64,000 nt of DNA from positions 70,494,001 through 70,558,000 of the forward strand of contig CM060732.1 in NCBI GenBank assembly GCA_030704615.1. The letters are read 5' to 3'. The first letter of the stretch is position 1; the number at the start of each line of letters is the position of its first letter. Position numbers and translations under genes: made by a program. Below, one piece after another: positions 13,600 to 25,167 of the stretch. The DNA comes from Takakia lepidozioides. Lineage: Eukaryota > Plantae > Bryophyta. The notes beneath the pieces are model-generated. The model was not told the DNA's origin. It made no database searches and worked only from the letters and a program-made list of their open reading frames with translations.

Positions 13600-15060
13600 C
13601 TCACGGCCTCTACAGAAGCATTGCGTAAATGAGCTTCATGATGACCATCTGTTTTTTTTCCACTTCTTCTTGAATAACAGGCACCTAAACAAGTTTCACA
13701 ATGACAGCTCATTTGTTTCCCACGTCCTCTATACAAACAAACCCTAAATAAGCATTCATGATGACCATATATATTTTTTTTCTCCTCTTCTTCAATAACA
13801 GAAACCTGAAGAAGTTTGACAATGATAGAGCTCAAGTTTTTTTCTTACCTCTTCTTCACAAACAAACCCTAATTTATTCATGATGACATCTGATTTTTTA
13901 TTCGCCTCTTTTTCATCAACAGAAACCTGAACAAGATTGACAATGATAGAGCTCAATTTTTTTCACCTCTTCTTCACAAACAAACCCTAAATAAGCATTC
14001 ATGATGACCATCTGGTTTTTTTTCACCTCGTCTTCAATAACAGAAACCTGAAGAAATTTGACAATGGTAGAACTCAAGTTTTTTTTTCATCTCTTCTTCA
14101 CAAACAATCCCTAATTTATTCCCTAAATAAGCATTCATGATGACCATCTGGTTTTTTTTTCACATCTTCTTCAATAACAGAAACTTGAAGAAGTTTGACA
14201 ATGATAGAGCTCAACTTTTTTTTTCACCTCTTTTTTACAAACAAACCCTAAATAAGCATTCATGATGACCATCTAATATTTTTTTCACCTCTTCTTCAAT
14301 AACAGAAACCTTAACAAGTTTGAGAATGAGAGCTCAATTTATTCTTCACAAACAAACCCTAAATAAACATTCATAATGACCATCTGATTTCTTTTTTCAC
14401 CTCTTCTTCAATAACAGAAACCTGAACAAGTTTGACAATGATAGAGCTTAACTTTTTTTTTCACCTCTTCTTCACAAACAAACCCTATATAAGCATTCAT
14501 GATGACCATCTGATTTTTTTTTCACCTCTTCTTCAATAACAGAATCCTAAACAAGTTTCACAAGGATAGCTCAATGTTTTTTTTTACCTCTTCTTCACAA
14601 ACACACCCTAAATAAGCAATCACAATGACCACGTGTTTTTTTTTCACCTCATCTTCAATAACACAAACCTGAACAAGTTCCACAATAAAACGCTCATTTT
14701 GTTACACATCTTCTTCACAAACAAAGCCTAAATAAGCTTGAAGATGACCATCTGTTTAATTTTCACCTCATCTACATTAACAAAAACCATTGCCTGTTTC
14801 ACAATGAGGGGTCATATTTTGGGGCTTGTTCTTGCCCATCCTCATTATTTTTAACCTCTCCTTCAATATTTCATCCATCCATCATCCATCCACCATAGAT
14901 GAAATACTGGAAATGTCAGATAGCTTGACAATGAGCATCCAAACTTTTCTTGCCTCTTGTTCATGCAAGAATCCCTAAATAAGATTCATGATGACTCATC
15001 CAGCCTTTTTTTTCACCTCTTCTTCAATAAGAAAACCTCAGTAAGTTTCACAATGACCAT
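13600..15060. repeat. Tandem array of a ~120-bp unit (two related ~60-bp halves), ~10-11 copies, inside the MULE-like element
   Basis: Recurrent TTCACCTCTTCTTCAATAACAGAAACCTGAA...TTCACCTCTTCTTCACAAACAAACCCTAAATAAGCATTCATGATGACCATCTG. Confidence 0.92.
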
Positions 15061-15250
15061 TCCATTCTTTCTATACCTCTTTTTTTAAGCGCTATAACTG
15101 CTTCCACGACAATAGGACCCTCTCTAAACAGAGGACTCGGGTATGGGACCTGCTTCTTCCTCCACTAAACCCCTGGGCTCACGTTTAGAGGGCAAAGCGT
15201 GAGCCAAGCTTTTGGGCTCACGCGGCTAGGCTCACGCCGTAGCTGCACTC

Positions 15251-15480
15251 CGTGAAGAACAGGGGTGAACGATCGTGGAGTGGAGTGATCTCTATTACGA
15301 TCTGAGTCAAAGAATTGTTACTGGAATAAGAGAGGCTGGTTACATGAGGTCCATATTGTTGTTGATTCAAGCAAGCATATTTCTTGGGATCCTGATAGAT
15401 TCCCTAGGAACGGCAAGATAAACAAAGCGCCTGAAATGGTTCTGTAGTTGGACTGAGGAAATAGAGTTAGATACTTTTCA
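15251..15480 (+). repeat. Gypsy 3' LTR, right part
   Basis: Resumes at CGTGAAGAACAGGGGTG and ends ATACTTTTCA, followed by TSD CTTAC. Confidence 0.92.
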
Positions 15481-15495
15481 CTTACTGAGTAGGAG

Positions 15496-15861
15496 TGTTG
15501 GAGTTACAGTTTGTCGTTAGTTACTAATTACTTACTGTAGAGAGTAATCTCTGATGTGACTAGATATAATGATTAGCTAGACAAGCTACAACTATTCTGC
15601 ATGAACCATGGGTGACTGTTGACATGCTGCCTGACAATTGGTTTTTGAACTGCTGATTCAAAGTGGGCCGCCGCCACTATTTTGAGTATATAGGGTGCAG
15701 GCTGTCCAAAGTAAGATGATAGATGCATAGGTACACACAGAGTGTAGTATCAAGGGTTATGCATCACGGTGTCTTCACAATGATAAATAAAAGTACTCTA
15801 GCTTACTCCAACTAGTCTTGTGGTTGTCACTGCTATGATACAGTAGTGTTGTTTTCCTAAA
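15496..15861 (+). repeat. 3' LTR of copia element
   Basis: Near-identical to 445-812 and followed by TSD GTAAA. Confidence 0.93.
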
Positions 15862-17499
15862 GTAAAGCAGTACCACAACTTGATTCCCGGTTTCCAAGTG
15901 AAAAAGGATGTGTAGAGTGAAGGTGTGAAGATTAAAATGACAGTATGCCAGAAGAAGAGCCAGATCGACAAATTGTTCATCATTGAACCCACTCTACCCT
16001 GCAGTCTCTGTCTCTCGTCACATATTTCACATCCTCTTGGTTATGGTACCTTCGCCTTTACTCTCTTCCCCTCAATGACCACCCTCCGAGATAGGACAGG
16101 ATTGGGGTACAAGGTAACACTCCATTTTCTTGAGTGTGATATCCTCATTGTGCCTCCTGAGAGACGTTTTGCAAGTAAGCCAATAAAAAAAATATGGTCT
16201 TGCCAAAGCAAACGTGACTTATGGTGTCACAGCTCGCAGACCCCAACCTTCCGATGGGAGGGTGGATATTCTTACGACATCCGGAAAGATACTTACGTAC
16301 TCACAACCACTAGTGAAGTGTGACGAAGTGCACTCAGTGCCATCTCACCTCCTTTTCATTATTAAATTCTAGGGAGGACCGAAGGTCGGAGACTACTTTT
16401 AGTGTAGAGCAGGAATAGGGTGCCATAGTGCCACGTCATTTTTGCCATGTCATCACCATCATTTGCTTAAATCGGCCCGGACTGCCCAAACTTTAAAAAA
16501 AGTAATAAATAAAAACACTCAGCTCTGCCACGTCATTGTCGCCAGGTTTCGGAGGCCACATCATCAACATACATTCTTGAAGCTGCCCGCCGAATTGCCA
16601 GGGAAAAGAAAGAAAGAAAGAAAGAAAAACTGAATTATGAAATTCATTTTTGTCAAATCTGCCGGGATTATCCCACAGGACAATATATGGACCTGCATGT
16701 TGGCAGGCTCCGTGTAGTTCGCAGTTGGCAGCCCCCGCGCGGGCTGGGCAAGTATGGAAGAAACGGTCCTTGTTTAAGTCATGTTTCCATTTTCCACTGT
16801 TCTTAGAACTCTATAGTAGATCTTTCACTCAGTGTACATTTCAATACCTGAGGCTGATAGATCATTGAACTGGAACTTGTTTCGGTTGGAAGTTTTTTTT
16901 GCCCAGACGCAGCTCTTAATTTGTGCTGCAGATCTGATCTGAAGCTGGCGTGTGATCTTCTGTTGCTTTGTGGCGTCTTCCATCTTAAAACATGTGTCCC
17001 TGATGAGCAGTAGTTATCCATGGAGAAAGTGGGGGAGCTCTTAAGCTTCTTCAGATGAATTGCATCTTAAAATTTGTTATCAATTATGTAAAGGGCTTCC
17101 CATGTTCTTCACTGAAGCTAATTGTCAGTGAACATGTATGTATATTAATTGTTGCGAAGACCAGTGTCGTATCTTCGAGCACAGTGCATGGAATGCTAGA
17201 ACTTTGTTGTCAAAGCCCACCAAGTACATGTACAGATTGGGGGCCTCACTTGAAGACGAGTGCCCACCAAAGATCCACACATTGCCCACCACACAAAAAA
17301 ATAGTCCAACGCATTTTAAACCTCTTGACCAGTATTCCAACCCTGCCACCCTACAGACAAAAAGTTTCATGGTTAATTGGGAGATGCAGGGGGAAATGCC
17401 ACCTTAATAGAGAAACAAATACGAAGGTTGCAGAAAGCAATGTCAGCTTATAACTTTCTGTCTCTTCTCCCTCCAAAACACGTTTCCATCCCTGCCTGT

Positions 17500-17636
17500 C
17501 CCATAATGTCCTACCCACATGGCTACATGCAGAGAGAAGACCTGTACATGTGATAGAATCGGGTGTCAAGCGTTCCTGTTGCATCTGTTCAAATAGTTGG
17601 AGGGCCTCCCTACCACAACCGTGCTGAGCAACCTGC
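17500..17636 (-). pseudogene. PPR (P2-L2) gene fragment
   Basis: AQHGCGREALQLFEQMQQERLTPDSITCTGLLSACSHVG. Confidence 0.75.
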
Positions 17637-17639
17637 AAT

Positions 17640-17945
17640 CATCACACAGGATCAATCTGCTATGTGTGAACTGCCCAGCAATTAGCACCCAACAGGACCA
17701 GGGCTTTAGGCTCAGCCTTGAGATTTTCAAAGTTGGTGGAGAGAGGTGCGGACACAATGTTCTTGATGTTCCTGAAGAGGGTCAGTCTCTGGTGAGAATA
17801 CCCTGGACAATGTGAAGTAAGACCAGGGCTTTAGGCTCAGCCTTGACATTTTCAAAGTTGGTGGACAGAGGTGCAGACACAATGTTCTTGATGTTCCTGA
17901 AGAGGGTCAGTCTCTGGTGAGAATACCCTGGACAATGTGAAGTAA
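17640..17945 (-). mobile_element. 3'-terminal LINE ORF2 fragment with a ~125-bp tandem duplication
   Basis: HCPGYSHQRLTLFRNIKNIVSAPLSTNFENVKAEPKAL is homologous to HCPGFSHQRDALFKSIKGIVPVPLFTNFESLEAEPKAQ of the LINE at 36127-39813. Copies at 17696-17820 and 17821-17945. Confidence 0.8.
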
Positions 17946-18636
17946 GATACAAGAGAGGGATCGAGAATTTACTCATAAGACATAATGAACGGAAGCTTCA
18001 GTAACCTGGCAAGTCCAGGCAGTTTTTATGATGATAGAAGAGAGTTTGAGTGTAGAGATTTGTAAATAAGGGTTTTGAGTTGTGCAGGATGGCAGGGTTG
18101 AATCTGGCACAGTGGTTTGTTGGAGATCAGATGGGCAGCACGGGTAGCACCTCCACAAGAAAAAGATGGAAAAGAGAACCGTTGCAGCACTTACAATGTA
18201 GTAAGGGGACTAGCCACCATGGCTCTCAGGATTGGCCTGTATATCCTTCATTATTGCTCCATGTCTACAAGCACAAAAACCACAACAGTTAACTTTGGAG
18301 CGAATTAGAGACAACTTTTACATGACACCGACTTGCTCCTATCCCAGGATTGCTGCTCTTCTTATTTCTATAGGTAGAGAACAAGTCACTAGCTTCTGAA
18401 CCCTCCAAACATGGCAAGTAACCAATCAGAAGAACAAATCATCACTTGCATCATAAAAAGAGAGAAAGGACACAAACCTTTCTGCAAACTTGGCAGCTTT
18501 GGCAGGAGCACCTGGTATACTTCCATCCTGTTCTGCCAGCACACCAGGCCTCCAGGAGGGCAACACTATTCTGAATTGGGTTTATATCTGAAGGGGCAAC
18601 CCCCTGCTTATCGGCACAAATACATGTAGCATGAAT

Positions 18637-19565
18637 TCATGAATCGGATCTATCCCACATTTTGATGTAACATATTGTCAAATACTTTACGAGCACCGGC
18701 CATGCTTCCACATTTGGCATACATGTCCACAAGGGTAGTCTCCCGAGTGACATCTTGCCCAATTCCAGCTTTGATGATGGCAGCATGGACCTCCTTGCAC
18801 TTTTCCAGGGCGGCAAGAATGGCCCCACACAAATGGTCAAGAAAGACAGGCGCTCAGCCATATTGTTGAACACTAGACAGGCATCCCTTACACTCCCAAA
18901 TTTGGCATACATGTTAACAAGGGCATATTCTCCTAATAAATATATGACGAAATTCCAGCTTTGATAATGTCAGCATGGATATCTTTGCCCTTCTCCAGGG
19001 CCACCATGCTGGCACCAACATTGAGAACACAAATGAATGTGGCTTGCACACGCATTACAATGCACACAAACGTGATGTGGTCGGGCTTCCCCCCTTCCCC
19101 CATCATTTGATCATAGCTCTCCAAATTTTCCATACCACGTCCCTGCTATACATACCCTGCAAGCATCACGTTCCATGACACCACATCTCATTGCCATAGT
19201 GTTGAAAACTCCCTTCGCATCCTCAATGCACCCACATTTGGCATACATGTCCACCAGGGCAGTGTTCAGAATGACATCTGTTTCTTTCCCCTTTTCCAGA
19301 GCTCCCAGGCTTGCACACGCATTGCAAACACAAACAAATGTGATGTGGTTGAGCTTCACCCCTTCGCGCAGCATTTGCTCATAGGTCTCCAAAGCATTCC
19401 TACCACACCCATGCTTGGCAATTCCTGCCAGCATTATATTCCACGTGATCAAAGATCGTTGAGGCATTCTGTTGAACACTTGTTGAGCATCCATGATGCT
19501 CCCACACTTAAACAAGGGTGTTGAGTAGAAAAACATTTGGGCGTGAATCCACTTTGGATAATGTG
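18637..19565 (-). pseudogene. PLS-class PPR pseudogene, close paralogue of the N-terminal PPR motifs of the gene at 26855-29998
   Basis: KCGSIMDAQQVFNRMPQRSLITWNIMLAG...HITFVCVCNACASLGALEKGKE is near-identical to the downstream gene. Frameshifts and deletions; homology stops abruptly at ~19565. Confidence 0.88.
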
Positions 19566-20617
19566 AATCCCCTCCGACGCTCTAGGATGCGGAGACATCG
19601 TCCCTTCCTCGCACTCCAAGCCACCTTTAGCGATTGTCTTCGGGCAGTATTCAAAACATTTGACGACGATGATGTGACTACGACAAGTGGCAACGATGAT
19701 GAGGCACTATGGCACCCTATATCTGCTCTACGCTAGAATAATCCTATGATGTGGCTGTTGAAATTTGATGAAACTTTTTGTGGCAGGAGGTGGGGTAAGG
19801 TGGGAAGTAATTACACGGTCAGTTTTACAGGGACACAGAGATTATCCAGATAAAAACGTTTTTGTGGGCAAGGGACCACGAGAGGGTGAAAATGAGTTTT
19901 GGCACTTGAGGGTTAACAGCTAGATTAGAGATAGGGTAGAAAGTTTCCTCAGCAAGCAACACCCAGGCCTGCAGCGACCGGTGAAAGCAACCGTCCCCTT
20001 GTATACGTGCAACTCTGCAGCCTGCAGCAAAAGCCTAGATTAATAAAGTTTTGGCTTCAACTTATTTCCTTCAGCCGCTACAGGAGCGACAGCACCAGTG
20101 ACGGTTCGAGGTATGCCTCATTTGGAGCTTTATGCTTTCTGGGTTTTTGGGAAGTGCTGGCAGAGACGCGGCGGAGAAAGCTTTGAAGCCTCTCTCTTTT
20201 TTGGCTTTCGAATGCCTGGATCATTTCCATAGCGTTGGATATTGTCAAATGTATTGTTGTGTGGACCCAACAATTTTGTGACCACGCTCAGTAATCACAC
20301 AGGGACCTGCTATAATTACGAAAACTAGCAGCTCGTTAACCAGCTGAAACGTTGTCCTTGATTGAAGTGCGATTGACTTTTATGCCCATTTCCGCCGTTG
20401 AGCTATTCATCTTCTTGGGTTCAATATCCGTGTCTCTGGTTTTTCTCCTTGTCTTTTGTGAGGTTGGAAGCAAATGAGAATGTGGTTCTGGTTAGATCAG
20501 GATTTTAAGGGCCCTGAATAGACATCTTACTGATTATTCGAAGCTTGGAGTCTTCTTCTCACACTGGCGTTTGCATGAGTGAAAATGGCGAAATCTTCTT
20601 GAATTTCTGGCTCAGGC

Positions 20618-23600
20618 ATGGAGCAAAGCATGCCGTCAGATGACAAGCAGGTGCCACACACTGGGCCAGCTTCCTTGGAGGCGAAAAGGCATGTGAAGAC
20701 TGATCACGCAAATAGGGTTGTCGGTTGTGTGGTGGCTCCAAGGTATGGTAGGAGAGGCAGTATGGAACCTCCTTTGAGCTGTTTTTTCAATGCCACACAG
20801 ACTTGTCCTTGGGTTGTCTTTTGTTTCATCTTACATGTTTTGTTTGCTAGGACCTTTTAGGGCAAGAATCTAGGTTAACAGATGAAGCGCGCTAAAGAAC
20901 TCGTGAGCTGAAGTACACAAGCCACCTAGCTTTGGGTCTGTTGTCAGGATTGTTTGTGAATTGTGCTGGCTGTCTGTTCTACGTTGTGTAAACTTGCTGT
21001 TATTGATGAAGGGCCAAAACAGCGGGCTGTATGCACAGACAGCAACTTCGCGAACAATGGGATACCGAGGTTACCACACATGAGCGTTTGAAAGAAGGGT
21101 CACTCCCACAATCTCAACTTCATAGTGGTCCAGAGCCACCATTGGAGCGCAAGAGAGAGAGGCGTCTGGTGTATGAGAGTGCTACACTTTTCAGTAATAT
21201 TCCAGGGCCTGACCCATGTCCAGGCAGGAAGAGGCTAGGCCATGATAACTTTCACAAGTACAAGCCAACAGACCTTGAAAAACGATTCTGGATGGAAGGG
21301 AAGAAAAGTAGGGTGAAGACTGGGGGGGCAAGCTTCTGGGCTAGCGACAGGTCCCCAACCACTTTCACAGCTATGGCACGAGATCTGAGGGGAGATTTTG
21401 CTATGCTTCCCCATGATGTGATACGGAGAATTGCAGGGTCCTTCTCTTGGCCAACTCTTTGGGCAGCAACCTGTGTGTGCCGTTCCTGGAGTCAGGCACT
21501 GAAGCCACTTCGGGAGGGGATGCTCTTTGTGTATTGGGGCAAGCTGTTCAAGCATGGGCGCGGAGGTGTCGCAGCCAATCTGGACAAAGCTCTTGACTCA
21601 TTTATCAAAGGTGCCATTCGTGGTTGCGCTGCTGCCATGGTGGATACAGGCCTCCTTCTTTGGGAGCTGGTTTGTTTCTGTCTCATCTTATTGTGTGTAT
21701 GTCTCTAGTCATGCGTGTATACATTGTCTCTGTTGTGTCCCTTCTGTGTCTTCTTATCTTGCTCTCTCTCCTTTTTGCTTCTCAGTTATTAGGGTGCAAA
21801 AGAGAAGGCTCTCTGTGTGAATTTATTCGGAGTGTGAAAAGTAGACCAAGGGTGGGTGTTTTTCTGCACACTGTCCTGACCAAGTCAACTGTTCTACTCT
21901 TCACAAGAATTTACAGTATCTTCTGTGTAGGACACAGTCAAATGCAGATGAAGTTACTGTATGATTCTGCTTCTAAAATGGCAAAGTAGGCATTAAGGCT
22001 AACTTTGGAATGGGTGATAGGATAAATGCAACATCCATTACCAGAATTGCTTAGCCCGAAAACTGATCATGAGTAACCACTGCTTTTGTAAGTAAAGCTT
22101 AGATACTTTTGACTTCGACCAATTTGGGGTGACAAAAAGCAGAGAAAACGAAGGAGAGCTATTGGAGAGTGTGGTATGTTGCACAGCTGCCAGTTAAATG
22201 CATTTGTTTTGCTGCTGGCATCAAGAGAGGCTTCACTTCTTACGTATGTTTAACAGGGGAGACAAGATGAGGGTATGAATTGGTACAAGCAAGCTGCTGA
22301 GCTTGGCTATCCTGCTGGCCAGTGCAACCTTGGACTTGCTTACTTGCAAGGTCTGCTCTCTCTTCTATTCCACATCTATCCTCTTTGACTTATTTGAGAA
22401 GCCGGCAGTTTTAAGGTGTGGGTTGATGAGTAATCTTGTTTCTCTTGCATGGAACAGAACCCTGTGATCCTGTAGAAGCAGTGAAGTGTGGTTCCAGCAG
22501 ACAGCTACAGCAGGCCAGTTTTAAGGTGTAGGGTGATGAGTAATCTTGTTTCTCTTGCATGGAACAGAACCCTGTGATCCTGTAGAAGCAGTGAAGTGGC
22601 TCCAGCAGGCAGCCACAGCAGGCCATGTGCGTGCACAGTACAGCCTGGCCTTGTGCTTGCAGCAAGGCCGCGGGGTGGACTGCAATTTGCCAAAAGCAGT
22701 GAGTTACCTGATGATCTATCATTTTACTACTCCACTCCATCAGTGATTGGGACGTCACATCCATCTTTCTGGGGGTGTACTGCTGCCATCTAGCCACGCA
22801 GAATTTAGGTGTCATGTGTCATCAGGAGTCATCACCTTGATGGTCAGACTGATTCTTGGCTCCTCTGAGGGTAACTACCTGTCTGGTGATCAAAGTGCTG
22901 TTTATCCTTGGTGGTTCCGGTTTCCTTCATAATAGTTGTTAGTGATCAGCTCTCTTTGGAACATGTGCATGTGAAAAATCTTTAAGCAACTTGTGTCAGG
23001 TAGTTCCCGTCCAATTCTTATGAGGGTTTACATTCACATGACTGTTGTGTTGATGTGTAGAGTTTCATCAATAGGGTTGCCTTCCCAGTCTGAAAGTCTC
23101 CAAGATCTCGTAATGATTATCCTCCATTGTCTTTTGATTGTTTCTAAGTGTCATTTGTAAAGATGATTTGGTACTACAGAATATTGGAGCTTGTGCATTC
23201 ACCCATGGCCATTGCTTTAAAAGAGAGGAGGGGGTGGGGAACAGGCATGCTGGTATTTGCGAGCAGCAGAGGGTGGAAGTGCACGTGCCATGTATAATAC
23301 GGCACTATGTTATCGAAATGGAGAGGGAATTCGGTGCAACTACCATGAGGCCAGGCGTTGGATGCAATGTGCAGCAATAGTTGGCCATCGGAAGGCCCAG
23401 TTTGAACATGGTTTGACCTTGTTTGCGGTATGTCTGTTCAGTATTCAACTGCTTTTCAGCTTCCCCTGGCTTTTGCTGGCAGTACCTGGTGGTTGATCCA
23501 ACAGGTAGCTTAGGAAAGATTACTATTCATGAGGCTCATCAAGACCATCAACATCCACTGTTTCGCAGGAGTAGCACTGTCTCTCTTTCTCACTTCGTTG

Positions 23601-23847
23601 CCCTCTTCCTCTCTTTGCATTTCCCTTTATCATCATAGGTAAAACTCATGTTTGCTTTACGCATGGTGGTGTGCAGGAAGGGGATGGCGGCTTGGCACTG
23701 GTGTTTCTAGAGCTAGCCACAAGGGCTGGCGAAACTGGAGCTACCCACATTCGTGATGCTTTGCTGATGCAACTCTCCCCAAAGCTTCGGGCTGATGCAA
23801 TATCATGTGCAGATAACTGGCAAGGAAATAAGTGGCAACAGCTGTAA
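20618..23847 (+). CDS. F-box protein with SEL1-like repeats (At1g70590-like)
   Basis: Exons ~20618-20742, 21012-~21669, ~22256-22350, 22568-22698, 23244-23427 and 23677-23847 with GT-AG junctions. F-box FAMLPHDVIRRIA...VCRSW and SEL1 repeats (WYKQAAELGYPAGQCNLG, WLQQAATAGHVRAQYSLA, RAAEGGSARAMYN). Confidence 0.85.
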
Positions 23848-24274
23848 CATATCATGGCTTCTTAGTTCTTGATTTATATTAAATCCTGACCAACTGGTTC
23901 TGAACAGTGGAATAGACGAGTGGTGCTTGTCACACACTTGCCGCCTAAATCTACTGAAAAGTCACATTTATCTTCGCCCACTTAAGTTTTCCGGGGGCCT
24001 CGGTTGTCCCAGTCTGTTTTATGAAGCAATATCCTATGCAGAGTTTACACTCCCAGATGACAGGTGGCATCTAACTCCACACCAAGTATGAAAAGACTGC
24101 TCTCACTTGTCTTCCTTCACTGGTCCTATGTACTCTGGCAGGAATCGTGCTTCCAGGAACCAGTCCCAATGTGTATGTGGCTTGATTTTATGGCGCACGC
24201 GTGAGCTGACAGGTACGGCCCAGGAGGTACTGCCGGGGAAATCCGCCTCTGGCATCACCAAAGCAGCAGGTAAT

Positions 24275-25167
24275 ACAGTAGAGTGCGGTGGAATTTGCGG
24301 AGGAACTCTTCGTCCTCTAGCATTGTCGGCTCAACCTGCTCAGGGAGTTCGGTCAGCCCCAGCTGCACACCCCTCCACCCACTCTAATTTCGGTAGCCTG
24401 GCCAAATCTTTTGCATCTACAAGGTACTCTGTGGGGCAACAGTCACAAAATTCAGTAGACTTGCATTCAGTACAAACCTTTTTAGCAGAGCACAAATTTG
24501 GCGTGGTCTCCTGTAGGGGTGTTGAGAGTGTAGTACCAACGTTGCTTTCAGCTCCTATCACCCAATTTGCCAGTTATCTTTTGCCCAATACCAAGTAGTA
24601 TCCGAGGTACTCTCCTCCACTCCAAATCAATTCAATTTCAGGTTTATGTTTCAGGTCTGCTGGGGTAAAGCTCGAGTTGGCAGATGGGAAGGAGAGAGCA
24701 TGGAAGTGCCAAGGAGAACGTAAAATTTTCGCTAGGGCACAAATGCCGACAATGTTGAATTATTTGGGAGAAGTCCCTCAAACTTCTGCACATTTCAGCT
24801 TTTGACAGGAAAAGGCCGGAGAGGCATATGCCTACCTTTCAAAGACACATTAGACTGAGACGTTCCAAATATATGCCAAGGATGCGATTGACACCGGACG
24901 GATTATGGGCACTTTTACTCTGACCCATAAAGCCAGGAATAAAAATCTGCTAAGAAACAAAACGAGAGCAGGTAGAGGGGCGATTGATATACACTGACGG
25001 CTGCATCATGAAGAGTTTTCCATACAAGCTTGGGCAGGATGTGCTTGAGAAAATCTAGATTGAGTTCCGTCTCTTTGGTCTCTACAGATGGCCTCAATGC
25101 CTAGTGGAAAGCCCTTGGTCACCCCCTTTATGTTACATGAAAGCATGTTATGGGTGAGAAGCCTCAT
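24275..25167 (-). pseudogene. TRM112: TRM112 methyltransferase-activator pseudogene
   Basis: ATG at 25167 reads MRLLTHNMLSCNIKGVTKGFPLGIEA, then frameshifts into VETKETELNLDFLKHILPKL. Intron 24992-24363. Exon 2 reads LGLTELPEQVEPTMLEDEEFLRKFHRTLL and then loses the CPETGR C-terminus. Confidence 0.82.

Larger units (their letters stand above)
10601..15250. mobile_element. Mutator-like (MULE-type) non-autonomous TIR DNA transposon inserted in the gypsy 3' LTR
   Basis: TSD CGTGAAGAAT (10591-10600) and CGTGAAGAAC (15251-15260), present once in the uninterrupted 5' LTR. Imperfect 38-bp TIRs (10601-10638, 15213-15250) match at 30/38 positions ungapped, with G...C ends. GTGAGCC subterminal repeats and SWIM-domain cargo. 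Confidence 0.85.
4776..15480 (+). mobile_element. Ty3/gypsy chromovirus-type LTR retrotransposon nested in the copia element
   Basis: TG...CA LTRs at 4776-5443 and 10153-15480 (the latter interrupted). TSD CTTAC at 4771-4775 and 15481-15485. PBS TGGTATCAGAGCC at 5446-5458 and PPT GGGAGGGGGAA at ~10140-10150. Confidence 0.95.
445..15861 (+). mobile_element. Ty1/copia LTR retrotransposon, degenerate, host of nested insertions
   Basis: Direct LTRs at 445-812 and 15496-15861 and a 5-bp TSD GTAAA (440-444, 15862-15866). PBS at 813-826 and purine tract 15486-15495. Domain order gag-PR-INT-RT-RH. Confidence 0.95.
16400..19735. mobile_element. Putative TIR-bounded non-autonomous (Pack-type) element enclosing PPR and LINE fragments
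   Basis: TAGTGTAGAGCAGGAATAGGGTGCCATAGTGCCACGTCAT at 16400 matches the reverse complement of ~19695-19735 (TAGCGTAGAGCAGATATAGGGTGCCATAGTGCCTCATCAT). TSD unclear. Confidence 0.5.

Noticed and set aside
13600-15060. CRISPR-like regularly spaced repeats
   Set aside because: The sequence between repeats is itself repeated (no unique spacers), there are no cas genes and the context is eukaryotic. It is a tandem satellite.
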